Positions 1 to 11,052 of a stretch of DNA of 37,822 bases are shown one piece after another. The notes beneath the pieces are model-generated. The model did no database searches. It had not been told where the DNA came from and saw only the letters and a program-made list of their open reading frames with translations. The first letter of the stretch is position 1. The number at the start of each line of letters is the position of its first letter. This DNA comes from Rhodocyclaceae bacterium (GTDB taxonomy: Bacteria; Pseudomonadota; Gammaproteobacteria; Burkholderiales; Rhodocyclaceae), in contig JALRGK010000036.1 of NCBI GenBank assembly GCA_023253415.1, positions 1 to 37,822 on the forward strand, in the 5' to 3' direction. Made by a program: the position numbers and the translations under genes.

Positions 1-272
1 CCGAGAATCACGCCCGGAATACCGGCCCCCAGAATGATCAGGCTACTTCGCCGCTCCAGATGGCTTTCTTTCAAGTGGCGCAAAATGGCACCCACCCCGA
101 GAAAGACGCTGGCCACCTTGTGGGTGGCCAGGGCTGCAGCAAAAGGCAGGCCCAGAAATATCAGAATCGGAAACTGGATCAGGCCAACACCACCACCGGA
201 GAGCGCGGAAAAGAAGTTAGCGATGACTGCAGTGATAAAAAGGATGGCCTGTCCGGCCAAGTCGAGCGTCAT
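1..272 (-). CDS. Sulfite exporter TauE/SafE (TSUP) family membrane protein, 5' part (runs off the window)
   Basis: Not in the ORF track; translated by hand from ATG at 272: MTLDLAGQAILFITAVIANFFSALSGGGVGLIQFPILIFLGLPFAAALATHKVASVFLGVGAILRH... The SGGGxGLI..P.L..LG.P...A.AT.K pattern is typical of TSUP/YfcA N-termini. Confidence 0.82.
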   Translation of the reverse strand, partial: MTLDLAGQAILFITAVIANFFSALSGGGVGLIQFPILIFLGLPFAAALATHKVASVFLGVGAILRHLKESHLERRSSLIILGAGIPGVIL

Positions 273-321
273 GGGGTTTGCCTGGTGTAAAGCCTGTGGA
301 AGGTTTGCCGGATAAGCCGTT

Positions 322-327
322 ATTATA
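322..327 (-). promoter_or_regulatory. Candidate sigma70 -10 box (TATAAT) for the TSUP gene
   Basis: Perfect TATAAT on the - strand about 50 bp upstream of the ATG at 272, in an AT-rich divergent intergenic region. No good -35 seen. Confidence 0.4.
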
Positions 328-353
328 CGAATCTGAACAATTATTTCGGTTGG

Positions 354-1708
<1,355 letters not shown>

Positions 1709-1712
<4 letters not shown>

Positions 1713-2617
1713 GCCTTCGGCGAGTCGTCGGGTAGCACAAGTCCCACCAGCTGTAGTGCGAGATCACCTTGTTCCGTTTGAACGTATATAGGGCCTTCGG
1801 CGGCATCCTGTTGTAGTACGGCCAGGCCCAGCCATTGGCTACCATCGGCGGCTGGCGCAGTGCTGACGAGGCTGCCGCAACTCTGCCCGTTAAGCGCTGT
1901 GGCACGAACCTCCTGGCCGGCCTGTATGGGCTGTAACGCCGTGACACGGTACAGATGGCGTTTTATTTTGCCCAGGTAGTGGGTGCGGGCAACGATTTCC
2001 TGGCCAGGGTAGCAGCCTTTTTTGAAGCTGACACCACCGAGCTTATCGAGGTTCACCATCTGCGGCACGTAATGTTCGCTGGTGGCCTGGGTGACCAGAG
2101 GAAACCCCTGTTCGATGTCCGTGCGTCTCCAGTCTTCCGGGGTGCCCGTGGACAGGGGGGCTGCTAGTGCATTCATGGCAACTGTTGATGCGGTGGCGAG
2201 GCAACGGCGGGTGTCTAGGCGGACAGCGGTGAGGCCATTGCTGGTGGCGACCTGCCAGTCAGACACGGGGAGGGTCAGATCACCCAGTGCGTCGGCCGGG
2301 TTTAAGAGTCCGTAAACACCGTCGTCGCTGATTGCAATCTGCACTTTAAGGCGCAGCACGTACATTCTGAGTCGTTTGGCAATGCTGTCACGGACATCAG
2401 CCGCCAACACGAGTCGGTAACCGCCGCTGATCGGCCAGATCACAAAGGTGGTGAGCAGACGACCTTTGGCCGTACACCAGCCAGAGATCTGGGCACGTTC
2501 CGGGTTCAGTAGGCGGATATCGCTGGGGACCTGATTTTGAAGAAAGTTCTGGGCATCATCGCCGGTGACATCAAGAATGGCCAAGTGCGGCAGTGGAATG
2601 AGTTGCATAGAGGTCAT
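1709..2617 (-). CDS. ygfZ: Folate-binding Fe-S cluster repair/tRNA-modifying protein YgfZ
   Basis: KGCYPGQEIVAR signature; G.DA..FLQ.Q N-terminus; divergent from mltG. Confidence 0.93.
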
Positions 2618-2678
2618 GGTAAACGGCGGGCTTCGCGAAATCTCAATGAGGAAGATTCAGGGATTTGATGGCTAGGGT

Positions 2679-2687
2679 TGGTATCAT
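2679..2687 (+). promoter_or_regulatory. Candidate extended -10 promoter (TGgTATCAT) of the mltG operon
   Basis: TGnTAnnaT match ending 8 nt before the mltG ATG. The identical 9-mer occurs upstream of yceD (18900-18908). Confidence 0.45.
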
Positions 2688-2695
2688 AAGGGGCT

Positions 2696-3679
2696 ATGAA
2701 ATTTTTGGCCAAATTCTTTGTTGCCAGCGCGCTTGTGGCCGGTTTTACGGTTCTGTTGGTCCGCCTCTGGCCCGTCCCGCTGGCGGAGCCGCAATTGCTG
2801 GTTCGTATCCCCGCGGGCGCGTCTTTGCGCGTGGCGGCGCAGACCTTACAGGATGGTGGTGTGGGGGCGCCAGCCTGGGTGATTAGCACGGTGGGCCGTA
2901 TGGCCGGTCTGGCATCGTCGATTAAGGCAGGAAGCTATGAGTTCGATCAAGGGCTGTCGTTGTGGGCCATACTTCGCAAGCTGTCCAGCGGTGACACCAG
3001 CCAGGCGGATTTGCTGATTGTGGAGGGCGCCAGTTTCCGTGAAATCAGGACCAAACTGAACGCTCAACCCGCACTGATCCATACGACGCAGGATCTCAAT
3101 GATGCAGCCATTATGACCCGGCTAGGACTGGCGGGCCAGGCACCGGAAGGGTGGTTCTTTCCGGATACCTATCGCTTTGATAAACGTTCGGACGATCTGG
3201 AGTTGCTGGCGCGAGCCCATCGTGCCATGCAGAAACAACTTCATACGGCCTGGGCTGGCCGGGAAGCCGGATTGCCTCTGCAAACCCCCTATGAGTTGCT
3301 GATTCTGGCCTCGATTGTCGAAAAGGAAACCGGTGCCGCGGTTGACCGGGCACAGATCGCCGGAGTATTTATCAACCGCCTGCGTAAAGGCATGCGGCTG
3401 CAGACCGACCCAACGGTGATTTACGGTCTGGGTGAGCGTTTTGACGGCAATCTGCGCAAGGCCGATCTTCAGCGCGATACACCACATAATACTTATACCC
3501 GTAACGGTCTGCCGCCAACCCCGATCTGTATGCCCGGCGAAGCGTCGCTACTGGCAGCGGCACATCCGGCAAAGACCGATGCCTTGTATTTTGTAGCCCG
3601 CGGTGATGGTTCCAGCCAGTTTTCGGCCACGCTGGACGCTCATAATCAGGCCGTGAATCAGTTTCAGCGAGGCAAATAA
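2696..3679 (+). CDS. mltG: Endolytic transglycosylase MltG (YceG)
   Basis: N-terminal TM anchor; EGWFFPDTY, LILASIVEKET (catalytic Glu), LQTDPTVIYG, NTY...GLPPTPI. Confidence 0.96.
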   Translation: MKFLAKFFVASALVAGFTVLLVRLWPVPLAEPQLLVRIPAGASLRVAAQTLQDGGVGAPAWVISTVGRMAGLASSIKAGSYEFDQGLSLWAILRKLSSGDTSQADLLIVEGASFREIRTKLNAQPALIHTTQDLNDAAIMTRLGLAGQAPEGWFFPDTYRFDKRSDDLELLARAHRAMQKQLHTAWAGREAGLPLQTPYELLILASIVEKETGAAVDRAQIAGVFINRLRKGMRLQTDPTVIYGLGERFDGNLRKADLQRDTPHNTYTRNGLPPTPICMPGEASLLAAAHPAKTDALYFVARGDGSSQFSATLDAHNQAVNQFQRGK

Positions 3680-3681
3680 CG

Positions 3682-4317
3682 ATGCGTCAGTCAGTTCTAC
3701 CGGGCCGATTTATCACGGTCGAAGGCATTGATGGCGCTGGCAAAAGCTCTCACATCGAATGGCTACGTGAATATCTCACGGCAGCAGGGCATGCGGTGGT
3801 GGTAACGCGTGAACCGGGTGGTACGCCGTTGGGTGAGTCTTTGCGCACCATTCTGCTGAATGAACCCATGGCGCCTGAAACGGAAATGATGCTGATGTTT
3901 GCGGCGCGGGCCGAACATCTGTCTTCGGTCATCCGACCGGCACTGGCGCAAGGTGCTTGGGTCATTTCGGACCGGTTTTCTGACGCGACCTATGCGTATC
4001 AAGTCGGCGGCCGAGGCGTTGCCGAAGCCAAGTTTACGGCGTTGGAATCCTGGGTGCAGGGTGGTTTGCAACCGGATCGTACGATTCTGTTTGATGTGTC
4101 GGTAGCCACGGCCCAGGCGCGCCTGCACGACACGCGCATTCTGGACCGTTTTGAACGGGAGGCGGCTGATTTTCATCAGCGCGTACGTGATGCATACCAC
4201 CATCGGGCAGCACAGTATCCGGAACGCATTCGCCGGGTGGCGTCGGACGTCCCCATGCACGAGGTTCGTGAGGCGATTCTTGATGCGTTATCTGACTTGT
4301 TGAATCCCAATGCTTGA
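3682..4317 (+). CDS. tmk: Thymidylate kinase
   Basis: FITVEGIDGAGKS P-loop, TREPGGT, SDRFSDATYAYQ. Confidence 0.97.
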   Translation: MRQSVLPGRFITVEGIDGAGKSSHIEWLREYLTAAGHAVVVTREPGGTPLGESLRTILLNEPMAPETEMMLMFAARAEHLSSVIRPALAQGAWVISDRFSDATYAYQVGGRGVAEAKFTALESWVQGGLQPDRTILFDVSVATAQARLHDTRILDRFEREAADFHQRVRDAYHHRAAQYPERIRRVASDVPMHEVREAILDALSDLLNPNA

Positions 4318-5410
4318 TTGGGTCAAACTACACGAAACGGCCTGGACGCAGATCCAGGTGGACCGGGCCCGTGGTCGCCTGTCTCATGCCTTGCTGATTT
4401 CCGGGCCGGCCGGCATTGGCAAGCTGCAATTTGCTGAGATGCTGGCCGATAGTCTGCTGTGTGATACGCCATTGTCGGATGGACGTGCATGCGGTGTTTG
4501 TACTGCCTGTACCTGGCAGGCCTCCGGTAATCATCCGGATTTTCGTCGGATACGGCCGGAAGCATTTGAAGCGCCGGTGGTCGATGTCGAATCGGATAAG
4601 CCAGCCAGCACAGGAAAAGCGGATCGGAAAAAAAGCGAACAGATTCGTATTGATCAGGTTCGCGGCCTGGAGTCCTTTATCCATGTAGGCAGTCATCGGG
4701 GATGCCGTGTGGTTTTGATTGAACCGGCAGAAGCCATGAACGAGGCAACGGCCAATGCACTGCTCAAGTCTCTGGAAGAGCCGCCCGCGGGTGTTCATTT
4801 TCTGCTGGTCAGCCATGCGGCGGAACGCCTGTTGCCAACAGTGCGGAGCCGTACGCGCGCTGTACCGCTTGGTGTGCCATGCCGTCAGGCCGCCTTACAG
4901 GTCTTGGCCGGCCTAACGCCGCCGCTGCATGACGGGGCACGCTGGCTAAGCCGGTGTGCTGGCGCACTGCGCTTTGCAATTGAATTGGCGAGCGCTGCTG
5001 AAAAGCGCCCAGATGCGACTGAAGATGCACTGGCGGAAGTGGCGCTGGTCGATGCCTTGCTCAGCCAGTTGATGCTGGGGCCACGTCTGGATCCGCTGGC
5101 ATTGGCCAAAAGCTGTGAGGCACTGGTCAAGGGTGATCTGTCGGGCACGCGTTTAGCCCTACTCATCGACTGGATGCAACGCTGGGCACTGGATCTGCAT
5201 TTGGTCCGTCTCGGCGCCGATCCGGTTGTTTTTCCCGAGCAACTATCCGGCTTCCAGAAACTGGCGGGGCAGCTTAATGATGCACACCTGAGCCATTATC
5301 CGGATGCGCTTTTGGAGGCGCGTCGTTTGAGTAGTCACCCGTTAAATATCCGTCTCTTCCTTGAAGCGCTCTTTTCTAAAACGCTCGCGCTCTATGAGCC
5401 TGGCCCCTGA
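4310..5410 (+). CDS. holB: DNA polymerase III subunit delta'
   Basis: HALLISGPAGIGK, Zn cluster C...ACGVCTAC, HPDF, ANALLKSLEEPP, LLPTVRSR; directly after tmk. Confidence 0.94.
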   Translation: MLDWVKLHETAWTQIQVDRARGRLSHALLISGPAGIGKLQFAEMLADSLLCDTPLSDGRACGVCTACTWQASGNHPDFRRIRPEAFEAPVVDVESDKPASTGKADRKKSEQIRIDQVRGLESFIHVGSHRGCRVVLIEPAEAMNEATANALLKSLEEPPAGVHFLLVSHAAERLLPTVRSRTRAVPLGVPCRQAALQVLAGLTPPLHDGARWLSRCAGALRFAIELASAAEKRPDATEDALAEVALVDALLSQLMLGPRLDPLALAKSCEALVKGDLSGTRLALLIDWMQRWALDLHLVRLGADPVVFPEQLSGFQKLAGQLNDAHLSHYPDALLEARRLSSHPLNIRLFLEALFSKTLALYEPGP

Positions 5411-5415
5411 ATATC

Positions 5416-6222
5416 ATGTCAAGACTGATCGATTCCCACTGCCATCTGGATTTTGATGGTCTCTCCAACCGACTGCCGGAAGTGTTGGCGGCGATGTCAT
5501 CCAATGATGTGGCTGGATGCATGACAATTGGTGTGACGCTGGAGGAGGCACCACAGGTGCTGGCAATTGCCGATGCGCACGAGCATATCTATGCATCAGT
5601 GGGTGTGCACCCGGAGTATGCGGACCATCGTGAGCCCGATGTGGACACGCTGTGCCAGCTTGGGCAACATCCCAAAGTATTGGCGATTGGTGAGACAGGT
5701 CTGGATTACCACTGGCACAAGGATCAACCGGAATGGCAGCGCGAGCGCTTCCGTGTTCATATCCGCGCGGCCAAAGCCCTCAATAAACCGCTGGTGATTC
5801 ATACCCGGGAAGCCGCCGAAGACACCTTGCGTATTCTGCGCGAGGAAGGTGCCGGTGTGGTTGGTGGCATTCTGCATTGCTTCACGGAATCGTTTGCGGT
5901 GGCGGAACAGGCCATGGCCATGGGCTTTTATATTTCGCTCTCCGGCATTGTCAGCTTCAAGAAGGCAGAACAGGTCCATGATGTTGCCCGTCGAGTCCCG
6001 CTGGACCGCTTGCTGATCGAGACAGACGCGCCGTATCTGGCACCTGTGCCGTATCGTGGCAAACCGAATGAACCGGCGTATGTGCGCTACGTGGCGGAAG
6101 CTATTGCTGATCTGCGTCAGATTTCATATGCCGAGGTTGCTGCAGCGACCAGTCGTAACTTCCTGACGCTTTTTCCGGCAGCTATGCCGGTGCTGGAGCC
6201 GCGTCTGGGTCTAAAGGGCTAG
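5416..6222 (+). CDS. tatD: TatD-family metal-dependent hydrolase/DNase (YcfH-like)
   Basis: IDSHCHL, GVHP, IGETGLDY, IHTR, LHCF and ETDAPYLAP motifs. Confidence 0.93.
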   Translation: MSRLIDSHCHLDFDGLSNRLPEVLAAMSSNDVAGCMTIGVTLEEAPQVLAIADAHEHIYASVGVHPEYADHREPDVDTLCQLGQHPKVLAIGETGLDYHWHKDQPEWQRERFRVHIRAAKALNKPLVIHTREAAEDTLRILREEGAGVVGGILHCFTESFAVAEQAMAMGFYISLSGIVSFKKAEQVHDVARRVPLDRLLIETDAPYLAPVPYRGKPNEPAYVRYVAEAIADLRQISYAEVAAATSRNFLTLFPAAMPVLEPRLGLKG

Positions 6223-6236
6223 ATGGATTGATCGCA

Positions 6237-6944
6237 ATGATTAAAAAGACGTTGTGTGGCTGTCTCCTTGTTCTGTCTCAGCTGGTTTGGGCTGCCCCCA
6301 CCATCGACGATATGGTGATGGCCGCCAAGAAGGATGACCCGGCAACGCTGCGCGAGGGTCTGAAGGCTGGGTTTAATCCGAACTACGCAGATAAGGATGG
6401 CAATACGCTATTGATCCATGCCGCGGCTAATATGAGCCCGGCTGCAGCGGGCGTGCTATTGCAAGGGGGGGCCGACCCCGCCTTACGCAATAAGGTCGGC
6501 GATGATGCGCTGAACTACGCGGCGCTCAAGGGAAGTTTACCGATTGTGCAGCAACTGCTGGCACGTGGTGTGCCTGTGACACGTCGTCAGGGATGGCAAC
6601 CGCTGACCTATGCGGTGTTCGGTAAGCAATTACCGGTTTTCAACGCGCTGATGGAGAAGGGCGCGGAGCCGAATGCGGTTAACCCCAATGGTGCAACGGC
6701 GTTGATGTTTGCTGCAGAGCAGGGGCAGGAAGACATGGTTGATCGGCTTTTGGCTGCGGGTGCTGATCCGACCTGGACGCGTAATGGCGAGAGTGCTGTT
6801 GATTGGGCCCTGAAAACCCAGAATACGGATATTGCCGAGAAAATTATGAAGGCCCAAGCTCAGGTTGGGTTAGCTCATTCTGAAGCGTTAAAAGATCCGG
6901 AAGAAGATATGGCTGATACCGATAGTGTGAAGACAGGCCAATGA
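6237..6944 (+). CDS. Secreted ankyrin-repeat protein
   Basis: Signal peptide MIKKTLCGCLLVLSQLVWA; about 5 ankyrin repeats (GNTLLIHAA, GDDALNYAA, GWQPLTYAV, GATALMFAA, GESAVDWAL). ATG 6237 preferred over TTG 6228. Confidence 0.9.
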   Translation: MIKKTLCGCLLVLSQLVWAAPTIDDMVMAAKKDDPATLREGLKAGFNPNYADKDGNTLLIHAAANMSPAAAGVLLQGGADPALRNKVGDDALNYAALKGSLPIVQQLLARGVPVTRRQGWQPLTYAVFGKQLPVFNALMEKGAEPNAVNPNGATALMFAAEQGQEDMVDRLLAAGADPTWTRNGESAVDWALKTQNTDIAEKIMKAQAQVGLAHSEALKDPEEDMADTDSVKTGQ

Positions 6945-7528
6945 TGGCGTGTCGACAACGTGGGCTAGGTTTCATACGTGAACTCGGATGGACCAGCCTA
7001 TTGTTTATGGCGGCAGGCAATGTCTCTGCAGAAGGCCCGGCGCCTTTGGTTGTGTCTAAGCCGAGCGTCTCTTCGCAGACGCATATTCGCGTGTACTTTA
7101 CGCCCGGCGATTCGGCCGAGGCGGCCATTGTTGATCAGTTGCTCGGCGCCAAAGACTCGATCTTGGTTCAGGCCTATTCATTCACCAACCCAGCAATAGC
7201 CTCGGCGCTGGTGGGGGCACGGGAGCGCGGTGTGAAGGTGGTGATGTTGCTCGATAAAAGCCATCGAACGCAGAAGTATTCAGCGGCAGATTTTACGACC
7301 CATGGTGGAGTAGAAACCCTCATCGATGATCGGCATGCGATTGCCCACAATAAAATCATGATTATTGATGGGCAGGTTGTGATTACCGGTAGCTATAACT
7401 TCACGAAAGCTGCAGAAAAGAGCAATGCGGAAAATCTTGTGATTATCGAGTCACCTGAAGTGGCTGCTAAGTATCTGCAAAACTGGCAAAAACACCACCG
7501 GCATTCCCAACCGTACCGAAGGCCCTGA
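6941..7528 (+). CDS. Phospholipase D-superfamily endonuclease, Nuc-like (single HKD), probably exported
   Basis: VYFTPG, I.VQAYSFT, HNKIMIIDGQVVITGSYNFT (HxK-x4-D-x6-GSxN), NAENL. N-terminus is signal-like. ATGA overlap with the ankyrin stop. Confidence 0.88.
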   Translation: MMACRQRGLGFIRELGWTSLLFMAAGNVSAEGPAPLVVSKPSVSSQTHIRVYFTPGDSAEAAIVDQLLGAKDSILVQAYSFTNPAIASALVGARERGVKVVMLLDKSHRTQKYSAADFTTHGGVETLIDDRHAIAHNKIMIIDGQVVITGSYNFTKAAEKSNAENLVIIESPEVAAKYLQNWQKHHRHSQPYRRP

Positions 7529-7546
7529 TGCTGACGTGTCGGGCAT

Positions 7547-7579
7547 TCAAATAAATAACGCGCCCAAAGGCGCGTTATT
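7547..7579 (-). terminator. Intrinsic terminator between convergent nuc-like and tyrB/aspC genes
   Basis: Perfect 11-bp inverted repeat AATAACGCGCC-caaa-GGCGCGTTATT (7554-7579); U-rich tail on the - strand (TTATTTATTTG). Confidence 0.75.
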
Positions 7580-7600
7580 CGTGTGGCAAGGTGCCGTTGA

Positions 7601-8803
7601 TCAGGCAACAACAGCCGCAATCGCGTCAGCGACTGCATCAATGTTTTTGCTGTTCAATGCAGCCAAACAGATACGACCGGTCGATACGGCATAGATGCCA
7701 TACTTGTCGCGCAGCACGTCCACTTGCTCGGCGGTTAGGCCCGTGTAGGAGAACATGCCACGTTGCTGGATCACAAAGCTAAAGTCCTGCTTCACCCCCT
7801 TGGCCTTGAGTTTCTCGACCAGAGCAATCCGCATGGCACGGATACGCTCACGCATCTCGGCCAGTTCCTTTTCCCACATGACGCGCAGTTCCGGGCTGGT
7901 CAGCACGGCAGCAACGATGGCTGCACCATGGGTTGGCGGGTTGGAATAGTTGGTACGGATCACACGCTTCAGTTGTGACATGACACGGGCCGATTCGTCA
8001 GCCGATTCCGTAACGATCGATAGGGCGCCAACGCGCTCGCCATAGAGCGAGAAGGATTTCGAGAACGACGACGAGACCAGGAACTGCAGGCCCGAATGGG
8101 CAAATTTGTCCAGAACGATGGCATCCGGTTGGATACCTTCGGCAAAGCCCTGATAAGCCATGTCGAGAAATGCAATCAGACCCTTGGCACGGATGACTTC
8201 GATGACCTGATCCCATTGCTCATTGCTGAGGTCGGCACCGGTGGGGTTGTGGCAGCAGGCGTGCAGGAGGACGATGGCATCCTTCGGCATGGCATTGAGG
8301 TCTGCCAGCATGCCGTCGAAGTTGACGCCACGGGTGGTCGCATCATAGTAGCGGTAGGTCTTGACCGGGAAATCGGCGGCCTCAAACAAAGCGCGATGGT
8401 TTTCCCAGGAAGGGTCGCTGATGTAAACGGTGGCATTGGGTACCAGGCGTTTCAGATAGTCAGCGCCGATTTTCAGGGCCCCGGTACCGCCGATGGCTTG
8501 AGCCGTTACGACGCGCTTGTCACGCAGGAGCTGGGTATCATGGCCGAAGAGCAGTGCTTGCACGGCCTGGTCATAGGCGGCCGAACCTTCGATCGGCTGG
8601 TAACCGCGCGCCGGCGGATTTTTCATGCGGGCTTCTTCAGCGGCACGGACAGCCTTGAGAAGGGGCAGTTTGCCCTCATCATCGTAGTAGACACCAACGC
8701 CTAGGTTGACCTTGGTTGCACGGGTGTCCGCGTTGAAGGCTTCGGTCAAGCCGAGAATCGGGTCGCGCGGTGCGAGCGCGACATCAGCAAAAATCGAGGT
8801 CAT
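7601..8803 (-). CDS. tyrB: Aromatic-amino-acid/aspartate aminotransferase (class I, TyrB/AspC)
   Basis: APRDPILGL, KVNLGVGVY, HACCHNPTG, DMAYQGF, SFSKSFSLYGERVG (PLP Lys). Confidence 0.9.
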   Translation of the reverse strand: MTSIFADVALAPRDPILGLTEAFNADTRATKVNLGVGVYYDDEGKLPLLKAVRAAEEARMKNPPARGYQPIEGSAAYDQAVQALLFGHDTQLLRDKRVVTAQAIGGTGALKIGADYLKRLVPNATVYISDPSWENHRALFEAADFPVKTYRYYDATTRGVNFDGMLADLNAMPKDAIVLLHACCHNPTGADLSNEQWDQVIEVIRAKGLIAFLDMAYQGFAEGIQPDAIVLDKFAHSGLQFLVSSSFSKSFSLYGERVGALSIVTESADESARVMSQLKRVIRTNYSNPPTHGAAIVAAVLTSPELRVMWEKELAEMRERIRAMRIALVEKLKAKGVKQDFSFVIQQRGMFSYTGLTAEQVDVLRDKYGIYAVSTGRICLAALNSKNIDAVADAIAAVVA

Positions 8804-8952
8804 AACAACAACTCCGGGTGGCGCCGGTTCAACGGCGTGGAGAAATGGGAAATGTGGCGTTACACTGTGCTCTACGGCACTTATAACCTGAAAATTCTAA
8901 CATGGCATAACGTTTCTATGCCGTTGAATGTGCTGGAATAGAGAACTGATTC

Positions 8953-11052
8953 ATGATATCTGAAACCCCTTGCATTGCCGAACTGGCATCCGCCTCGCAC
9001 GCCGACCTGGTGACCTTTGAAGGCAGCCCGTTCCGGTTACATCAGCCGTTTCCGCCCGCCGGCGACCAGCCAACGGCTATTGCCCAGCTGGTGGATGGTC
9101 TGGAGAGCGGGTTGTCGTTTCAGACCTTGCTGGGGGTGACGGGGTCGGGTAAGACCTACACGATGGCTAATGTGATTGCCCGTTCGGGTCGGCCTGCCTT
9201 GGTGCTGGCACCCAACAAGACGCTCGCGGCGCAGCTGTATGCCGAGTTCAAGGAGTTTTTTCCGGAGAATGCGGTCGAGTATTTTGTGTCGTACTACGAT
9301 TACTACCAGCCGGAGGCCTATGTGCCGAGTCGGGATCTTTTTATCGAAAAGGACTCCTCGATTAATGAGCACATCGAGCAGATGCGGCTGTCGGCGACCA
9401 AAAGCCTGATCGAACGGAATGACTGCATCATCGTGGCAACGGTGTCGTGTATTTACGGGATTGGTGATCGGGATGAGTATCACCAGATGATCATGCACGT
9501 GCGGGAGGGCGATAAAGTCGCCCAGCGCGATCTGCTGAAGCGTCTGGCCGAGATGCAGTACACCCGTAATGAAATGGATTTCCAACGTGGCACCTTCCGC
9601 GTGCGCGGCGATGTCATTGATGTCTTTCCCGCAGAACATGCCGAGCATGCTCTGCGGATAGAACTCTTTGATGACGAGATCGAGCGGCTGCAGCTGTTTG
9701 ACCCGCTCACTGGTGGGATTCGCCAACGCCTTTCACGCTTTACGGTGTATCCGTCGAGCCACTATGTCACGCCGCGTGCCACCGTGTTGCGAGCCGTGGA
9801 AGCCATTAAAGAAGAGCTGAATGTGCAGCGGGCCGCCTTTCTGGCTGATGCCAAGCTGGTTGAAGCGCAACGGATCGAGCAACGCACTAAATTTGATCTG
9901 GAAATGCTGACCGAGGTCGGCTTTTGCAAGGGTATTGAAAACTACTCTCGGCATTTGTCTGGGCGTCAGGCGGGTGATCCGCCGCCCACTCTGATTGATT
10001 ACTTACCGGCAGACGCCTTGCTTTTTATTGATGAATCCCATGTGGCGATTGGTCAGGTGGGTGGCATGTACCGGGGTGATCGTTCTCGTAAGGAGAATCT
10101 GGTCAATTACGGTTTCCGTTTGCCGTCCGCGCTCGATAACCGACCGTTAAAGTTTGACGAGTTCGAGCAACGGATGCGTCAGACCATTTTCGTGACGGCT
10201 ACACCTGCAGATTATGAGAAGCAATATTCCAGCCAGGTGGTCGAGCAAGTCGTGCGGCCTACCGGTTTGGTGGATCCCGTGGTTGAGGTCCGGCCGGCCT
10301 CGAGCCAGGTGGATGATCTGCTCGGAGAGATTCGTAAACGGGTGGCTGTAGACGAGCGGGTTCTGGTGACCACGCTAACCAAGCGCATGTCCGAAGATCT
10401 AACGGACTATCTGACCGAAAATGGCATCAAGGTACGTTACCTGCACTCGGATATCGATACCGTGGAGCGCGTTGAAATCATTCGGGATCTGCGTCTGGGG
10501 GTATTCAATGTGGTCGTCGGGATCAATCTGCTACGCGAGGGATTGGATATCCCCGAAGTGTCGCTGGTGGCGATTCTAGATGCCGATAAGGAAGGCTTCT
10601 TGCGTTCGGAGACTTCTCTGATTCAGACCATTGGTCGTGCTGCGCGGCATCTCAATGGGACGGCGATACTCTATGCCGACAAGATCACGGGATCCATGCG
10701 GCGAGCAATGGATGAAACAGAGCGGCGTCGGCACAAGCAGTTGGCGTTTAACGAGGCGCACGGGATTGTGCCGCGTGGCGTGAAGAAACGGATCAAAGAC
10801 ATTATTGATGGCGTGTATGCGACGGGCTATTCGGAATCCGGTGAGGCGGTGTCTGAACGTAAAGCAGCCCAAACCCGCAAGCATTACGAAGCCATGTCGG
10901 AAAAGCAGGTGGCAGCAGAAATTCGCAAGCTGGAGCAGGCCATGCAACAGCATGCCAAGAATCTGGAATTTGAAGCCGCCGGCCGTGTCCGTGATCAGTT
11001 GTTCCGCCTTAAGGAGCAGCTCTTTGGCGTCTCATTAAAGCCAACCGTTTAG
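8953..11052 (+). CDS. uvrB: Excinuclease ABC subunit B
   Basis: [46 protein letters not shown]-terminal UVR domain ([11 protein letters not shown]). Confidence 0.98.
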   Translation: MISETPCIAELASASHADLVTFEGSPFRLHQPFPPAGDQPTAIAQLVDGLESGLSFQTLLGVTGSGKTYTMANVIARSGRPALVLAPNKTLAAQLYAEFKEFFPENAVEYFVSYYDYYQPEAYVPSRDLFIEKDSSINEHIEQMRLSATKSLIERNDCIIVATVSCIYGIGDRDEYHQMIMHVREGDKVAQRDLLKRLAEMQYTRNEMDFQRGTFRVRGDVIDVFPAEHAEHALRIELFDDEIERLQLFDPLTGGIRQRLSRFTVYPSSHYVTPRATVLRAVEAIKEELNVQRAAFLADAKLVEAQRIEQRTKFDLEMLTEVGFCKGIENYSRHLSGRQAGDPPPTLIDYLPADALLFIDESHVAIGQVGGMYRGDRSRKENLVNYGFRLPSALDNRPLKFDEFEQRMRQTIFVTATPADYEKQYSSQVVEQVVRPTGLVDPVVEVRPASSQVDDLLGEIRKRVAVDERVLVTTLTKRMSEDLTDYLTENGIKVRYLHSDIDTVERVEIIRDLRLGVFNVVVGINLLREGLDIPEVSLVAILDADKEGFLRSETSLIQTIGRAARHLNGTAILYADKITGSMRRAMDETERRRHKQLAFNEAHGIVPRGVKKRIKDIIDGVYATGYSESGEAVSERKAAQTRKHYEAMSEKQVAAEIRKLEQAMQQHAKNLEFEAAGRVRDQLFRLKEQLFGVSLKPTV

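Noticed and set aside
34-315. + strand ORFs 34..315 and 60..290
   Set aside because: Opposite-strand shadows of the TSUP gene, which the track missed because it runs off the window.
5416-7528. TatD plus PLD nuclease as an anti-phage defence system
   Set aside because: TatD is in its normal housekeeping position after holB. The nuclease looks exported and has no helicase or ATPase partner, and there is no defence-island context.
8865-8880. Possible LexA box upstream of uvrB (CTGTgctctacgGCAC)
   Set aside because: The right half-site does not match ACAG.
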